Source: Halobellus rufus
GTDB taxonomy: Archaea > Halobacteriota > Halobacteria > Halobacteriales > Haloferacaceae
Reading direction: 5' to 3'
DNA: 64,000 bases
NCBI RefSeq assembly: GCF_000739575.1
Contig: NZ_BBJO01000013.1
Coordinates: 1-64,000 of the forward strand
Shown: positions 38,897 to 47,786 of the stretch, piece by piece
Layout of the letters: each line of letters begins with the position of its first letter
Numbering within the stretch: position 1 is the stretch's first letter
Made by a program: the position numbers and the translations under genes
The notes under the pieces: model-generated
The model's database searches: none
The model's input: the letters and a program-made list of their open reading frames with translations, nothing else
Told to the model about the DNA's origin: nothing

Positions 38897-39328
38897 ATGT
38901 CGAATGCCCTCCACCTCCTCGTTCGACTCGTGCACGTGCTCGGAATGGCGGCGGTCCTCGGCGGGACGGTCGTCGGGTGGCAGACCCTACGGGCGGGAAG
39001 TGAGGTCCCGCTGGCGACGGTGCGGCGCGTCGAGGTAGTCTTCTGGGCCGCGATGGGTCTGCTGGTCGCGACCGGCGTCGGGAACCTCGGGACGCTGGGA
39101 CCGCCCGGTCCGTCGACCCGCTGGGGGACCGTGCTGACGATCAAGCTCTCGATCGTGATCGGCGTCGTCGCCCTCTCGGCCGTCCGATCGCTCGCCGTGC
39201 TTCGGTTGCGAGCGGGAGAGAGCGCACTCCCCGGCGTCGCCTTCGACAGGCTCCGCCTCCTGTACGCGAGCACCGCGTGGGGGCTAATCGCCGTCGTCGC
39301 CCTCGCGGAGGCGCTCGCCCATGGGTGA
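38897..39328 (+). CDS. membrane protein, hypothetical (4 TM)
   Basis: Hydrophobic 143-aa ORF with GC3-rich codons. Overlaps the next gene by 8 nt. Confidence 0.4.
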   Translation: MSNALHLLVRLVHVLGMAAVLGGTVVGWQTLRAGSEVPLATVRRVEVVFWAAMGLLVATGVGNLGTLGPPGPSTRWGTVLTIKLSIVIGVVALSAVRSLAVLRLRAGESALPGVAFDRLRLLYASTAWGLIAVVALAEALAHG

Positions 39329-39872
39329 CGCTACCGACGGAGTCGGGCGCGTCGACGTCGCCGCTCCCGCCGAGGCGTGGACAGTGGCGACGTTCGATCT
39401 CGTGGGCTTCGCGCTGCTGCTGCTTCTCCCCGTCCACCTCTCGGGCGCGTTGGGAGACGCGCTCGCGGGACTCGGGACGGTTCCCGGCCTGCTGCTCTTC
39501 GGGTACCTGTGGGTGCTCGTCGCCGTGAGCGTCCGGTGGGTGCTCGCCGACGGCGGCCTCGTCGGCCGATCCGGGCCGTCGTCGCTTCTCGCTCGGGGAG
39601 CACTCGGCGGGGCCTGCGTCGGGAGTGGATTCGTCGCCGGAGTCGTCATCGTCGGCGGCGCGGTCCTCGCCATCGACGATCCCTCGATCGTCACGTCGCT
39701 CGCGGTGTTCGGAAGTATCGCCGTGGCCGTCGCTGCGATCGTCGGCGCGGTCGTAGGGGCGCTGTTCGCCGTCGTCAACGTCGCTCTCGCCCGGGTGAGC
39801 GAGTGGGTGGTGCCGCTCGCGGACGCGGACGCGACTGCAACGAACGCCGAGGGCGGCGCAGGCGACCCGTAG
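39321..39872 (+). CDS. membrane protein, hypothetical (4-5 TM)
   Basis: Hydrophobic 183-aa ORF co-oriented with and overlapping 38897..39328. Confidence 0.4.
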   Translation: MGDATDGVGRVDVAAPAEAWTVATFDLVGFALLLLLPVHLSGALGDALAGLGTVPGLLLFGYLWVLVAVSVRWVLADGGLVGRSGPSSLLARGALGGACVGSGFVAGVVIVGGAVLAIDDPSIVTSLAVFGSIAVAVAAIVGAVVGALFAVVNVALARVSEWVVPLADADATATNAEGGAGDP

Positions 39873-39916
39873 ACCTCGAAAAGTGAGCACCGGACGCGCG
39901 GGCCACTCTGAAACGG

Positions 39917-40468
39917 TTACTCGTCGTCTTCGAGTTCGTAGTCGCCGCCGTACTTCATAAAGAAGAACGCGAGGCCGAGCGTCGCCACCATCGCGAACGT
40001 CGTCGCGACGCCGAGCGTCTTCGCGGAGTCGGGAACTTTCGGGACGTTCGCCGGTTCGGGCGTCGAGATCTCCTCGACGACCTCGATGGTCCCGACCATC
40101 CCGGAGACCTCGTGGGGCTCACAGTAGTACTCGTAGGTTCCGAGCGTCTCGAACGTGTGCTCGTAGGTGAAGCCGGTGTTCTCGAGCGCTTCGTGCCCGC
40201 CCCAGTCCGCGCCGTCGGGCTGGCTGTCGACGACGATGTTGTGGTTGTCCGACTCCCAGACGAACTCGACGGTCGTCCCCGGCATAACCTGGAGCGGTTC
40301 GTCCGTTCCGGGCGTGAACACGAGCGACCCGTCGGGCCCGACGAGAACCTGTTCGGTTCCGCCGCCTTCCTGTCCCGCGGCCGCTCCGGTGGCACCAGCG
40401 ACCGCAGCGGTTCCGGCCGCTGTCGTGAGGAAGGCGCGACGGGACATATCCGCGTTGCCGTCAGTCAT
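39917..40468 (-). CDS. halocyanin (type-1 blue copper protein) with Tat signal and C-terminal TM anchor
   Basis: MTDGNADMSRRAFLTTAAG Tat leader. Plastocyanin-like copper ligands (H in DNHNIVV, then YYCEPH...M). C-terminal TM FAMVATLGLAFFFMKYGG. Track ORF 39917..40576 is over-extended. Confidence 0.8.
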   Translation of the reverse strand: MTDGNADMSRRAFLTTAAGTAAVAGATGAAAGQEGGGTEQVLVGPDGSLVFTPGTDEPLQVMPGTTVEFVWESDNHNIVVDSQPDGADWGGHEALENTGFTYEHTFETLGTYEYYCEPHEVSGMVGTIEVVEEISTPEPANVPKVPDSAKTLGVATTFAMVATLGLAFFFMKYGGDYELEDDE

Positions 40469-40754
40469 ACACGGGCGTTGGGAGTCGGCTGTAGTGAATA
40501 CTTTGGTTTGTCTCCTCGAGCAGGGTGCGGCGAGGGAACGGTTCGGTAGATCGCGGCGTCTGCGACACGTCGTCACTGTCGTCGTGGGTGCGGTGCAGTG
40601 GCAGGTGCGGATTCTATGTGTTGGGATCTGCTGAAATCCTCGGCAAGAGCGGTATACTGACTCGATCCGCTCAGTACAGCTTGTAGACCTAATAAAACGT
40701 GTTTTGAAAAATGCGTCTGATAGTATCAGAACACACCGGTACTATCTTGCCAAA

Positions 40755-40762
40755 TTTATATG
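40755..40762 (+). promoter_or_regulatory. TATA box candidate for the 40784 ORF
   Basis: caaaTTTATATGtag centred about 26 nt upstream of the ATG at 40784. Confidence 0.35.
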
Positions 40763-40783
40763 TAGAGCGTATGTACTCGACAT

Positions 40784-40996
40784 ATGTTTCGTAGAACGTC
40801 GATGACCCTAAGGCAAGGAGGGGCCTTCGCCGTATGGGGATTCGGAGTCTTCCTTGTCCTCAGTTTTTGTTTTGCTGTTCTACAAATAAGAGGCAATGAC
40901 CTACTTGTGATTGCAATCGTCGTCAGTTTCGTGTCGTTCTGGACGATATTTCTTCCACTCTGGCGGCGTCTACCAGAGGACTGGAGACGAAGTTGA
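40784..40996 (+). CDS. small 2-TM membrane protein encoded in AT-rich island, hypothetical
   Basis: 70 codons with AT-rich codon usage unlike the rest of the window. A TATA-like box TTTATATG lies about 26 nt upstream of the ATG, as in a leaderless archaeal promoter. Confidence 0.3.
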   Translation: MFRRTSMTLRQGGAFAVWGFGVFLVLSFCFAVLQIRGNDLLVIAIVVSFVSFWTIFLPLWRRLPEDWRRS

Positions 40997-41141
40997 CCAC
41001 ACAATAGTCGAGTTTTGCTCAACACGCACGTCTACCAAATGGTTGTTTCACGCCTATTTATCTCTGGATAATGATGTTTCAGCAGACCCGCGTGTTGTAG
41101 TCGCGGTTGCTGTGCTGTGGCGGTCAGCCAGCGATTTCACC

Positions 41142-41176
41142 GCGAGGCGAGCGCACGCGAGCCTCGCGGACTTTTT
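41142..41176 (+). terminator. stem-loop plus T5 tract (intrinsic-terminator-like)
   Basis: GCGAGGC-gagcgcacgcga-GCCTCGC followed by ggaCTTTTT. Confidence 0.3.
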
Positions 41177-41266
41177 CCCACCAGGTTTTTGCGCGGAGGG
41201 TTCCAGCGGACCCCTCCGCAGTAAAAAGGTGGTTCCGCAACGCTTTTGCGGGTCGTCTCGGACGTG

Positions 41267-41530
41267 ATGGCTATGGCAGACGTAGAGGCGGAACTCCGCC
41301 AGCAGTTCATCGACGCGTTCAGTGGCGCCGACTTCCCCGTCAGCAGCCAGATGGACCTCGTCCCCGCGCTCCCGAACGGTCCGGGAACGAAGTTCGAGGC
41401 GGGCGACGTGACGCTCACCGCGATGGAGATGGCCGCGAAACTCGGGAACCACCAGGAATTCCCCTACAACGACGTCGAGTCCCTCGTCGACGACGTCATC
41501 GAGGGGCTCAAAGCCGAAGGGATGATCTGA
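41267..41530 (+). CDS. MTH865-like small helical protein (family of unknown function)
   Basis: About 87 aa (MAMADVEAELRQQFIDAF...LVPALPNGPGTKFEAGD...). Matches my recollection of the MTH865/DUF1931-like family common in haloarchaea. Start taken at the ATG at 41267 (track TTG at 41246). Confidence 0.45.
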   Translation: MAMADVEAELRQQFIDAFSGADFPVSSQMDLVPALPNGPGTKFEAGDVTLTAMEMAAKLGNHQEFPYNDVESLVDDVIEGLKAEGMI

Positions 41531-41585
41531 GCGGCCGACTCGGGTCACCCGAACGCTTTCGTCCGTATCGAGCGAATCGACCAGT

Positions 41586-43385
41586 ATGGCCCACGACATC
41601 GAGCGCTACCTCAACGTCCGGAGTGCCTACGGGGCGTCGTTCAGCCCGAGCGACGAACTCGCGTTCCTGATGGACACCACGGGCGTCCCGCAGGTCTGGA
41701 CGCTCTCGGAACCCGGCGCCTGGCCGGAGCAGCGGACCTTCTTCGACGAGCGCGTGACGTTCGTGTCGTGGTCGCCCGAGCGCGAGGAGTTCGCGTTCGG
41801 GATGGACCGCGGCGGCAACGAGCGCCAGCAGCTGTTCCGCTACGACACCGCGACCGGCGAGATCACCGACTGGACCGAGGCCCCCGACGCGAAGCACCGG
41901 TGGGGCGGCTGGAGCCACGACGGCGAGCGGATCGCGTTCGCGGCCAACCGACGCGACGAGTCCGTCTTCGACGTCTACGTACAGCGCCGGGACGAGACCG
42001 GCACCGACGCCGAACTGATCGCCGAGGGCGACGGCTGGCTGACGCTCGGCGGGTGGTCGCCGGACGACTCCCGGCTTCTGGTCACGGAGTCGTACTCGAA
42101 CTTCGATCAGGACGTCGCGGTCCTCGACGTCGCGACCGGCGAACTGACCGAACTCACGCCTCACGAGGGGACGGTCCGCTTCCAGAGCGCGACGTGGGGC
42201 CCCGACGGCGAGCACGTGTATCTCGTCTCCGATCGCGCGAGCGACACGCTCGATCTGTGGGCGGTCGACGTCGAAAGCGGGGCGTTCTCGCTCGTCGCCG
42301 AGGACCCCGACTGGGAGATCGGCGGCGTCGCCGTCGACGAGGACACCGGACGGATCGCCTACTCGACGAACGTCGACGGCTACACCGAACTGACCGTCGG
42401 CGAACTGACGACGGCGACGACGATCGAAGCGACTGCGAAGCCGGACCTCCCGCGGGGCGTCGCCGGCGGAGTCGCCTTCGACGACGCGGGCGAGCGCTTC
42501 GCGCTGACGGTGACCCGGCGCAGCGATCCGGCGAACGTCTACGTGGTCGACGGGGCGGGCGAAGCGACGCGCTGGACGCGCGCGGCGACCGCGGGGATCC
42601 CCCGCGAGACGTTCGTCGAACCCGAACTGGTCCACTACCCGACGTTCGACGGCAGGGAGATTCCGGCGTTCTTCTCGCTGCCGGAGACCGACACCGGCCA
42701 CGGCGAGACGCCGGTGATCGTCGACATCCACGGGGGGCCCGAGTCGCAGCGCCGCCCCTCCTTCAGCGCGGTCACGCAGTACTTCCTCGCGAACGGCTAC
42801 GCCGTCTTCGAGCCCAACGTCCGCGGCTCGGCGGGGTACGGGAAGGCGTACGGCCACCTCGACGACGTCGAGAGGCGAATGGACGCGGTCGCGGACGTCG
42901 AGGCCGCCGTCGAGTGGCTCCACGATCACCCGGCGGTCGATCCCGACCGAATCGTCGCGATGGGCGGCTCCTACGGCGGCTTTATGGTCCTCGCGGCGAT
43001 GACCGAATACCCCGACCTGTGGGCCGCCGGCATCGACATCGTCGGCATCGCGAACTTCGTCACGTTCCTCGAGAACACCGGCGAGTGGCGTCGGTCGCTC
43101 CGGGAGGCCGAGTACGGGTCGCTGGAGGACGACAGGGAGTTCCTCGAATCGATCTCGCCGCTGAACACCATCGACGAGATCCGCGCGCCGCTTTTCGTCC
43201 TGCACGGCGAAAACGACCCGCGCGTCCCCGTCTCGGAGGCCCACCAACTCGTCGAGGAAGCCAAAGCGCACGTCCCCGTTCGAGAGCGCATCTTCGAGGA
43301 CGAGGGACACGGGTTCACGAAGCTGGAAAACCGGATCCGCGCCTACGAGGAGATCGTCGAGTTCCTCTCCGAGCACGTCGAGTGA
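41586..43385 (+). CDS. S9-family serine peptidase (prolyl oligopeptidase/acylaminoacyl peptidase-like) with N-terminal beta-propeller
   Basis: C-terminal alpha/beta hydrolase with nucleophile GGSYGG, Asp in HGENDPRV, His in GHGF. WD-like propeller repeats in the N-terminal approx. 350 aa. Confidence 0.85.
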   Translation: MAHDIERYLNVRSAYGASFSPSDELAFLMDTTGVPQVWTLSEPGAWPEQRTFFDERVTFVSWSPEREEFAFGMDRGGNERQQLFRYDTATGEITDWTEAPDAKHRWGGWSHDGERIAFAANRRDESVFDVYVQRRDETGTDAELIAEGDGWLTLGGWSPDDSRLLVTESYSNFDQDVAVLDVATGELTELTPHEGTVRFQSATWGPDGEHVYLVSDRASDTLDLWAVDVESGAFSLVAEDPDWEIGGVAVDEDTGRIAYSTNVDGYTELTVGELTTATTIEATAKPDLPRGVAGGVAFDDAGERFALTVTRRSDPANVYVVDGAGEATRWTRAATAGIPRETFVEPELVHYPTFDGREIPAFFSLPETDTGHGETPVIVDIHGGPESQRRPSFSAVTQYFLANGYAVFEPNVRGSAGYGKAYGHLDDVERRMDAVADVEAAVEWLHDHPAVDPDRIVAMGGSYGGFMVLAAMTEYPDLWAAGIDIVGIANFVTFLENTGEWRRSLREAEYGSLEDDREFLESISPLNTIDEIRAPLFVLHGENDPRVPVSEAHQLVEEAKAHVPVRERIFEDEGHGFTKLENRIRAYEEIVEFLSEHVE

Positions 43386-43551
43386 CGCGAAGGGTGAGAC
43401 AAATATGTTATACAACCGAGTTGTTGTGCGCTGCAGGAGACGCACGAATACTGATTTGTCAGCCCCTTGTACGGGACAGCGAGCGAACCGGACCGACGGA
43501 CCCATCAGGGGACCGAACGTCTTAATGTGTTGACGTGCGAGGGACTGAGAT

Positions 43552-44985
43552 ATGACGGGAAATCCGAGTGGGGGTCGCGTTCTCGTCGTCGTGCCGTCGG
43601 AGGTGGACCTTTCGGAGGGGACAGACAGTACGTCGACGGACGCGACCGGCGGTCCCGACGGCATCGACGCCGCGACGGATCGATCGGGTGATTTCCTGCG
43701 CGGAGGCCGAGCGTCCGCGTCGTCCGGCGGAGACGACGCCTCGACAGGTGCCGACGGCGACGGCGCCGGAGTCGAGCGCACCGGAGGCGACGGAGCGCCG
43801 CGGAACCGCACGGACGACGAGACGGACCGGCGCCCCGGAGACGAACCGAAGCGGGAGGACGTCGTCAGGGAGTTGAAGCGGCGGCTCTCGGCGGAGGTGG
43901 TCGTCCGGTGCCCGCAAACCACCATCGAATACGTCGAGGAACTCGGCCCGACGATCGATTGCGTCGTGGTCCTCTGGGAGAACCGGCCGCTGATAGACAG
44001 GCTCATCAGCGAATGTGCGCTCCCGACGATCGTCTTCGAGCCGCCGGTCATCGGCCGAATCGACGAGATCGTCGACGGCGACGATCCGGTGGCGGAACTG
44101 CTGGAAGTCGTCCGAATCGAGATCCGACACGATCGCGTGCAGAACGACTTACAGGAGTCGAACGCGCGGTTGACCGCGCTGAGCCACTACGCCGAAGACA
44201 TCACCGCCTGTGAGACCGTCGAGGCGGTGGTCGAACGGACCGTCGAAGCGACGACGGACGCCCTGGCGTTCGACTACTGCGTCGTGCTCCTCGCCGAGGG
44301 CGACCTGTTGGTCCCGCGGGCCTCGACGCTCCCGGAGCCGCCGGCGAGCCCCTGTAGTCGCTCCGAGGGCATCGCCGGTCGGACGCTGGCGCGCGGCGAA
44401 TCGGAGATCGTTCCGGATATGCAGACCGACCCCGACGCGATACCCGAACACGACGAACTGCACGCGGTCTTGAGCGTCCCGATCGACGACCGAGGAGTGA
44501 TCCAGGTCGTCTCCGCCGAGCGCGACGCCTTCGACGACCGGGACCGGGAGTTCGTCGAGATCCTCGCGGGCTACACCCGGGAGGCGCTGCAGCGGATCGA
44601 ACGGGAAGTGACGCTCCGCGAGGAACGGGACCGGTTACACGCCTTCTTCGGCGAACTCCCCACGCCGGCGATATACGTCGAACGCCGCGACGGGACGGTG
44701 ATCGTCGAGGAGGCGAACCGCACCTACGCCGATCAGATCAGCGAGATCGAGTCCGGACAGCCCCTCTCGGAGATCGCGCTCGATCGGTCAGAACTCGACT
44801 ACTACGAACGCGCGTTCGAGTCCGGATCGGTGACGAACGGGAGCGTCGAGCGCGAGCGGGCCGACGGAGAGGTACAGCGGGTCGCGCTCAGCGTCGTCCC
44901 CGTCTCGCCGCCGACAACTCACGAGTGCGCCTACGGGCTCTACATCGACGAAGTGACCACCAGAGCCCTCGAATCGTTTCAGTGA
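43552..44985 (+). CDS. GAF/PAS-domain signalling protein without recognisable output domain
   Basis: Acidic low-complexity N-terminus, receiver-like segment, GAF-like block (DYCVVLLAEGDLLVPRAS...VLSVPIDDRGVIQVVSAE), C-terminal PAS-like block. No HTH or kinase seen. Confidence 0.55.
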   Translation: MTGNPSGGRVLVVVPSEVDLSEGTDSTSTDATGGPDGIDAATDRSGDFLRGGRASASSGGDDASTGADGDGAGVERTGGDGAPRNRTDDETDRRPGDEPKREDVVRELKRRLSAEVVVRCPQTTIEYVEELGPTIDCVVVLWENRPLIDRLISECALPTIVFEPPVIGRIDEIVDGDDPVAELLEVVRIEIRHDRVQNDLQESNARLTALSHYAEDITACETVEAVVERTVEATTDALAFDYCVVLLAEGDLLVPRASTLPEPPASPCSRSEGIAGRTLARGESEIVPDMQTDPDAIPEHDELHAVLSVPIDDRGVIQVVSAERDAFDDRDREFVEILAGYTREALQRIEREVTLREERDRLHAFFGELPTPAIYVERRDGTVIVEEANRTYADQISEIESGQPLSEIALDRSELDYYERAFESGSVTNGSVERERADGEVQRVALSVVPVSPPTTHECAYGLYIDEVTTRALESFQ

Positions 44986-45116
44986 GTGCGACTCCGACGT
45001 GGACACGGGGCCGAGTCGTGCTCGGGGGACGCTGATTCCGGGCCCGATTCCGTGGCGGGGAGCGTCGCCACCGCAGCAGCGGTAGAACCAAACGCCCCGC
45101 GGGCGAAAACGCTGGT

Positions 45117-45551
45117 ATGAGCACCGACACCGAGCGAGGCCTGCGGCACCGACCGATCCGGTGTCTCATAGCGAAGGTGGGGCTCGACGGTCACGACCGG
45201 GGCGCACACGTCATCTCTCGGGCGTTCCGCGACGCGGGCTTCGAGGTCGTATACTCCGGGCTGCACCGCGCTCCGGAGGAGGTGGTGCAGGCGGCCGTCC
45301 AGGAAGACGTCGACGTGCTGGGGCTCTCGATCCTCTCGGGGGCGCACAACACGCTCGTTCCCGCCGTCATCGAGGGGCTGCAGTCCTACGGCGCGTTCGA
45401 GGACACGCTCGTCATCGTCGGGGGGATCGTTCCGGACGAAGACCGCGAGCGACTTCGGGAGATGGGCGTGGCCGCGATCTTCGGCCCCGGGACGCCGATG
45501 GAGGAGACGATCGAGTTCGTCCGAGAGAACGCGCCGCGGCGCGAGCGATGA
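45117..45551 (+). CDS. methylmalonyl-CoA mutase, cobalamin-binding small subunit
   Basis: B12-binding Rossmann with D-x-H-x-x-G (GLDGHDRGAH) and 144 aa length. Confidence 0.85.
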   Translation: MSTDTERGLRHRPIRCLIAKVGLDGHDRGAHVISRAFRDAGFEVVYSGLHRAPEEVVQAAVQEDVDVLGLSILSGAHNTLVPAVIEGLQSYGAFEDTLVIVGGIVPDEDRERLREMGVAAIFGPGTPMEETIEFVRENAPRRER

Positions 45552-46672
45552 GCGGCGACGACGTCGACGAGAGCGGCGGACCAGATCCCGGGGACGACGA
45601 AGCTGCGGGAGATCCCGGAGCCGACGTGACCGCGCGAAACGACCGGCTCGTCGAATCGCTGCTGGCGGGAGAGCACCGAGCGCTCGCGAGAGCCATCACG
45701 CGGATCGAGAACCGCGAGCCCGGCTACCGAGACCTCGTCTCGCGGTTGTACGGCCACACCGGGACGGCGACCGTCGTCGGCGTCACCGGCAGCCCCGGCG
45801 CGGGGAAGTCGACGCTCGTCGACAAACTGACCGCCGCCTACCGCGACCGCGGGGACACCGTCGGCGTCATCGCGGTCGATCCCTCCTCGCCGTACTCCGG
45901 GGGTGCCGTCCTCGGCGACCGGATCCGGATGAGCGCCGCGGCCGGCGATATGGACGTGTTCGTCCGCTCGATGAGCGCGCGCGGGCAACTCGGCGGGCTC
46001 TCGACCGCGACCGCCGACGCGATCACGGCGCTGGACGCCTTCGGCAAGGACGTCGTCGTCGTCGAGACGGTCGGGGCCGGTCAGAGCGAGGTCGACGTCG
46101 TCCGCGCGGCCGACACGGTCGCGGTCCTCGTCCAACCGGGCAGCGGCGACGACGTCCAGATGCTGAAGGCCGGGATCCTCGAGATCGGAGACGTCTTCGT
46201 CGTCAACAAAGCCGACACCGACGGCGTCGAACGGACCGTCGCGGAGTTGACGGAGATGATCCGACGGCGAGACGACAGTTCACAGCGGGGCCGGACCGCA
46301 CAGCCCGCGGCGGCGGACGAGGAACCGTGGCAGCCGCCGGTCGTCGAGACGGTGGCGACGAGCGGGAGCGGGGTCGACGAACTGCTCTCCGCGCTCGACG
46401 ACCACGCCGCCTACCTCGCTCGAACGGGCGCGGGCGAGCGCAGAGCCGTCGACCGCCTCACCGAGGAGATCCGACGCCTGGTCCGCGCGGACGCGAACGA
46501 CCTGTTGGCAGACGAGATCGAGCGCCGGGGCGGCATCGAATCGTTCGCCCGACGCGTCCGCGACCGCGAGACCGACCCCTACGCCGCTGCCGACGAGATC
46601 CTCGAACCGCTCCGGGAGTGTCTCGAATCGCGGGGAGATAACTCGACGGACGGGCCGTCGACCCCCGAGTGA
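45548..46672 (+). CDS. meaB: methylmalonyl-CoA mutase-associated G-protein MeaB/ArgK
   Basis: P-loop GVTGSPGAGKST, switch regions, NKAD G4 motif. Start ATG overlaps the upstream stop (ATGA). Confidence 0.85.
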   Translation: MSGDDVDESGGPDPGDDEAAGDPGADVTARNDRLVESLLAGEHRALARAITRIENREPGYRDLVSRLYGHTGTATVVGVTGSPGAGKSTLVDKLTAAYRDRGDTVGVIAVDPSSPYSGGAVLGDRIRMSAAAGDMDVFVRSMSARGQLGGLSTATADAITALDAFGKDVVVVETVGAGQSEVDVVRAADTVAVLVQPGSGDDVQMLKAGILEIGDVFVVNKADTDGVERTVAELTEMIRRRDDSSQRGRTAQPAAADEEPWQPPVVETVATSGSGVDELLSALDDHAAYLARTGAGERRAVDRLTEEIRRLVRADANDLLADEIERRGGIESFARRVRDRETDPYAAADEILEPLRECLESRGDNSTDGPSTPE

Positions 46673-46750
46673 CCGGGTCCGACGGGGGTGTCCTAATCTC
46701 TCGACCGGTGGTGCCAGCAGGCTGAAACCCGTCCCGCCCGTACGTCGCGT

Positions 46751-47674
46751 ATGCGCATCCGCTCTCTCCTCGCCGGGGTCGCGCTCGGAGCCGGGACCAC
46801 CGCGCTGGCGAACGCCGCCCTGCGACGCCGAGCGCCCGAGTTGGAGCCGCCGCTCGACGGCACCCACCGCACCTTCGAGTGGAACGGAATCGACGTGCAG
46901 TACACCGAGGCCGGCGATCCGGCGGACCCGGATCTCCTCCTCTTGCACGGCATCAACGCCGCGGGGTCTAGCGGCGAGTTCCGCGCCGTCTTCGAGGCGC
47001 TCGCGGACTCCTATCACGTGATCGCGCCCGACCTCCCGGGGTTCGGTACCTCCGATCGACCGCCGCTTCGCTACTCCGCGACGCTGTACGAGGAGTTCGT
47101 CCGCGACTTCGTCGACGCGTTCGACCGCCCGGCGGTCGTCGCCTCGTCGCTGACCGCGGCGTACCTCGTCGCAGTCGCCGACGACCCCGACCTCGCCTCG
47201 GTCGTCCTGATCTGCCCGACCGAGCGCGGCGGTCCAGACCGCAACCTCCTCGCGCGTGAACTGCTCCGCTCGCCGCTGGTCGGCGAGGGGCTCTTCAACC
47301 TCCTCGCGTCGAAGCCGTCGATCCGGTACTTCAACGCCGATCACGGCTACTACGACACCGACCGCGTGAGCGAGGCGTGGATCGACTACGAGTGGCGGAC
47401 CGCCCACCAACCGAACGCGCGCTACGCCCCAGCGTCGTTCGTCAGCGGCTTCCTGAACAGCGACGTCGACCTCGAATCGGCACTGGCCGGCATCGACGCA
47501 CCGGTGACGCTCGTCTGGGGGCGGGAAGCGGACATCACGCCGCTCCGTCGCGGGCGCGCGCTGGCGGACGCGGCCGACTGCCGCCTCGTCGTGATCGACG
47601 ACACGAAGCTCCTCCCGCACGTCGAGTTCCCGGAGGCGTTCGTCGACGTCGTCCGCGACGCCATCGAACAGTAG
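46751..47674 (+). CDS. alpha/beta-fold hydrolase
   Basis: HGINAAG oxyanion region, lipase-box-like SLTAAY, C-terminal His. A T5 tract follows the stop. Confidence 0.7.
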   Translation: MRIRSLLAGVALGAGTTALANAALRRRAPELEPPLDGTHRTFEWNGIDVQYTEAGDPADPDLLLLHGINAAGSSGEFRAVFEALADSYHVIAPDLPGFGTSDRPPLRYSATLYEEFVRDFVDAFDRPAVVASSLTAAYLVAVADDPDLASVVLICPTERGGPDRNLLARELLRSPLVGEGLFNLLASKPSIRYFNADHGYYDTDRVSEAWIDYEWRTAHQPNARYAPASFVSGFLNSDVDLESALAGIDAPVTLVWGREADITPLRRGRALADAADCRLVVIDDTKLLPHVEFPEAFVDVVRDAIEQ

Positions 47675-47786
47675 CGGCCGGGGCACTGCGACGAACCGCT
47701 GGGTCTTTTTCCCTCACCGGAGTACCGTGCCGTATGCAGACCGGCGAGAGCGTGAGGCGAGGGCGGGGTTGGTCGGGTGAGCGGCT

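Larger units (their letters stand above)
40590..41110. other. AT-rich island (about 42-45% GC) in an otherwise high-GC window
   Basis: Direct read of the sequence: an abrupt composition drop between halocyanin 1 and the MTH865-like gene. Contains the perfect palindrome TCTGATAgTATCAGA at about 40716-40730 and the small ORF. Confidence 0.6.

Noticed and set aside
40590-41110. Possible replication origin in the AT-rich island
   Set aside because: No orc1/cdc6 gene is adjacent and I could not identify repeated ORB-like elements flanking the AT stretch. It is kept as a finding of unknown function rather than called an origin.
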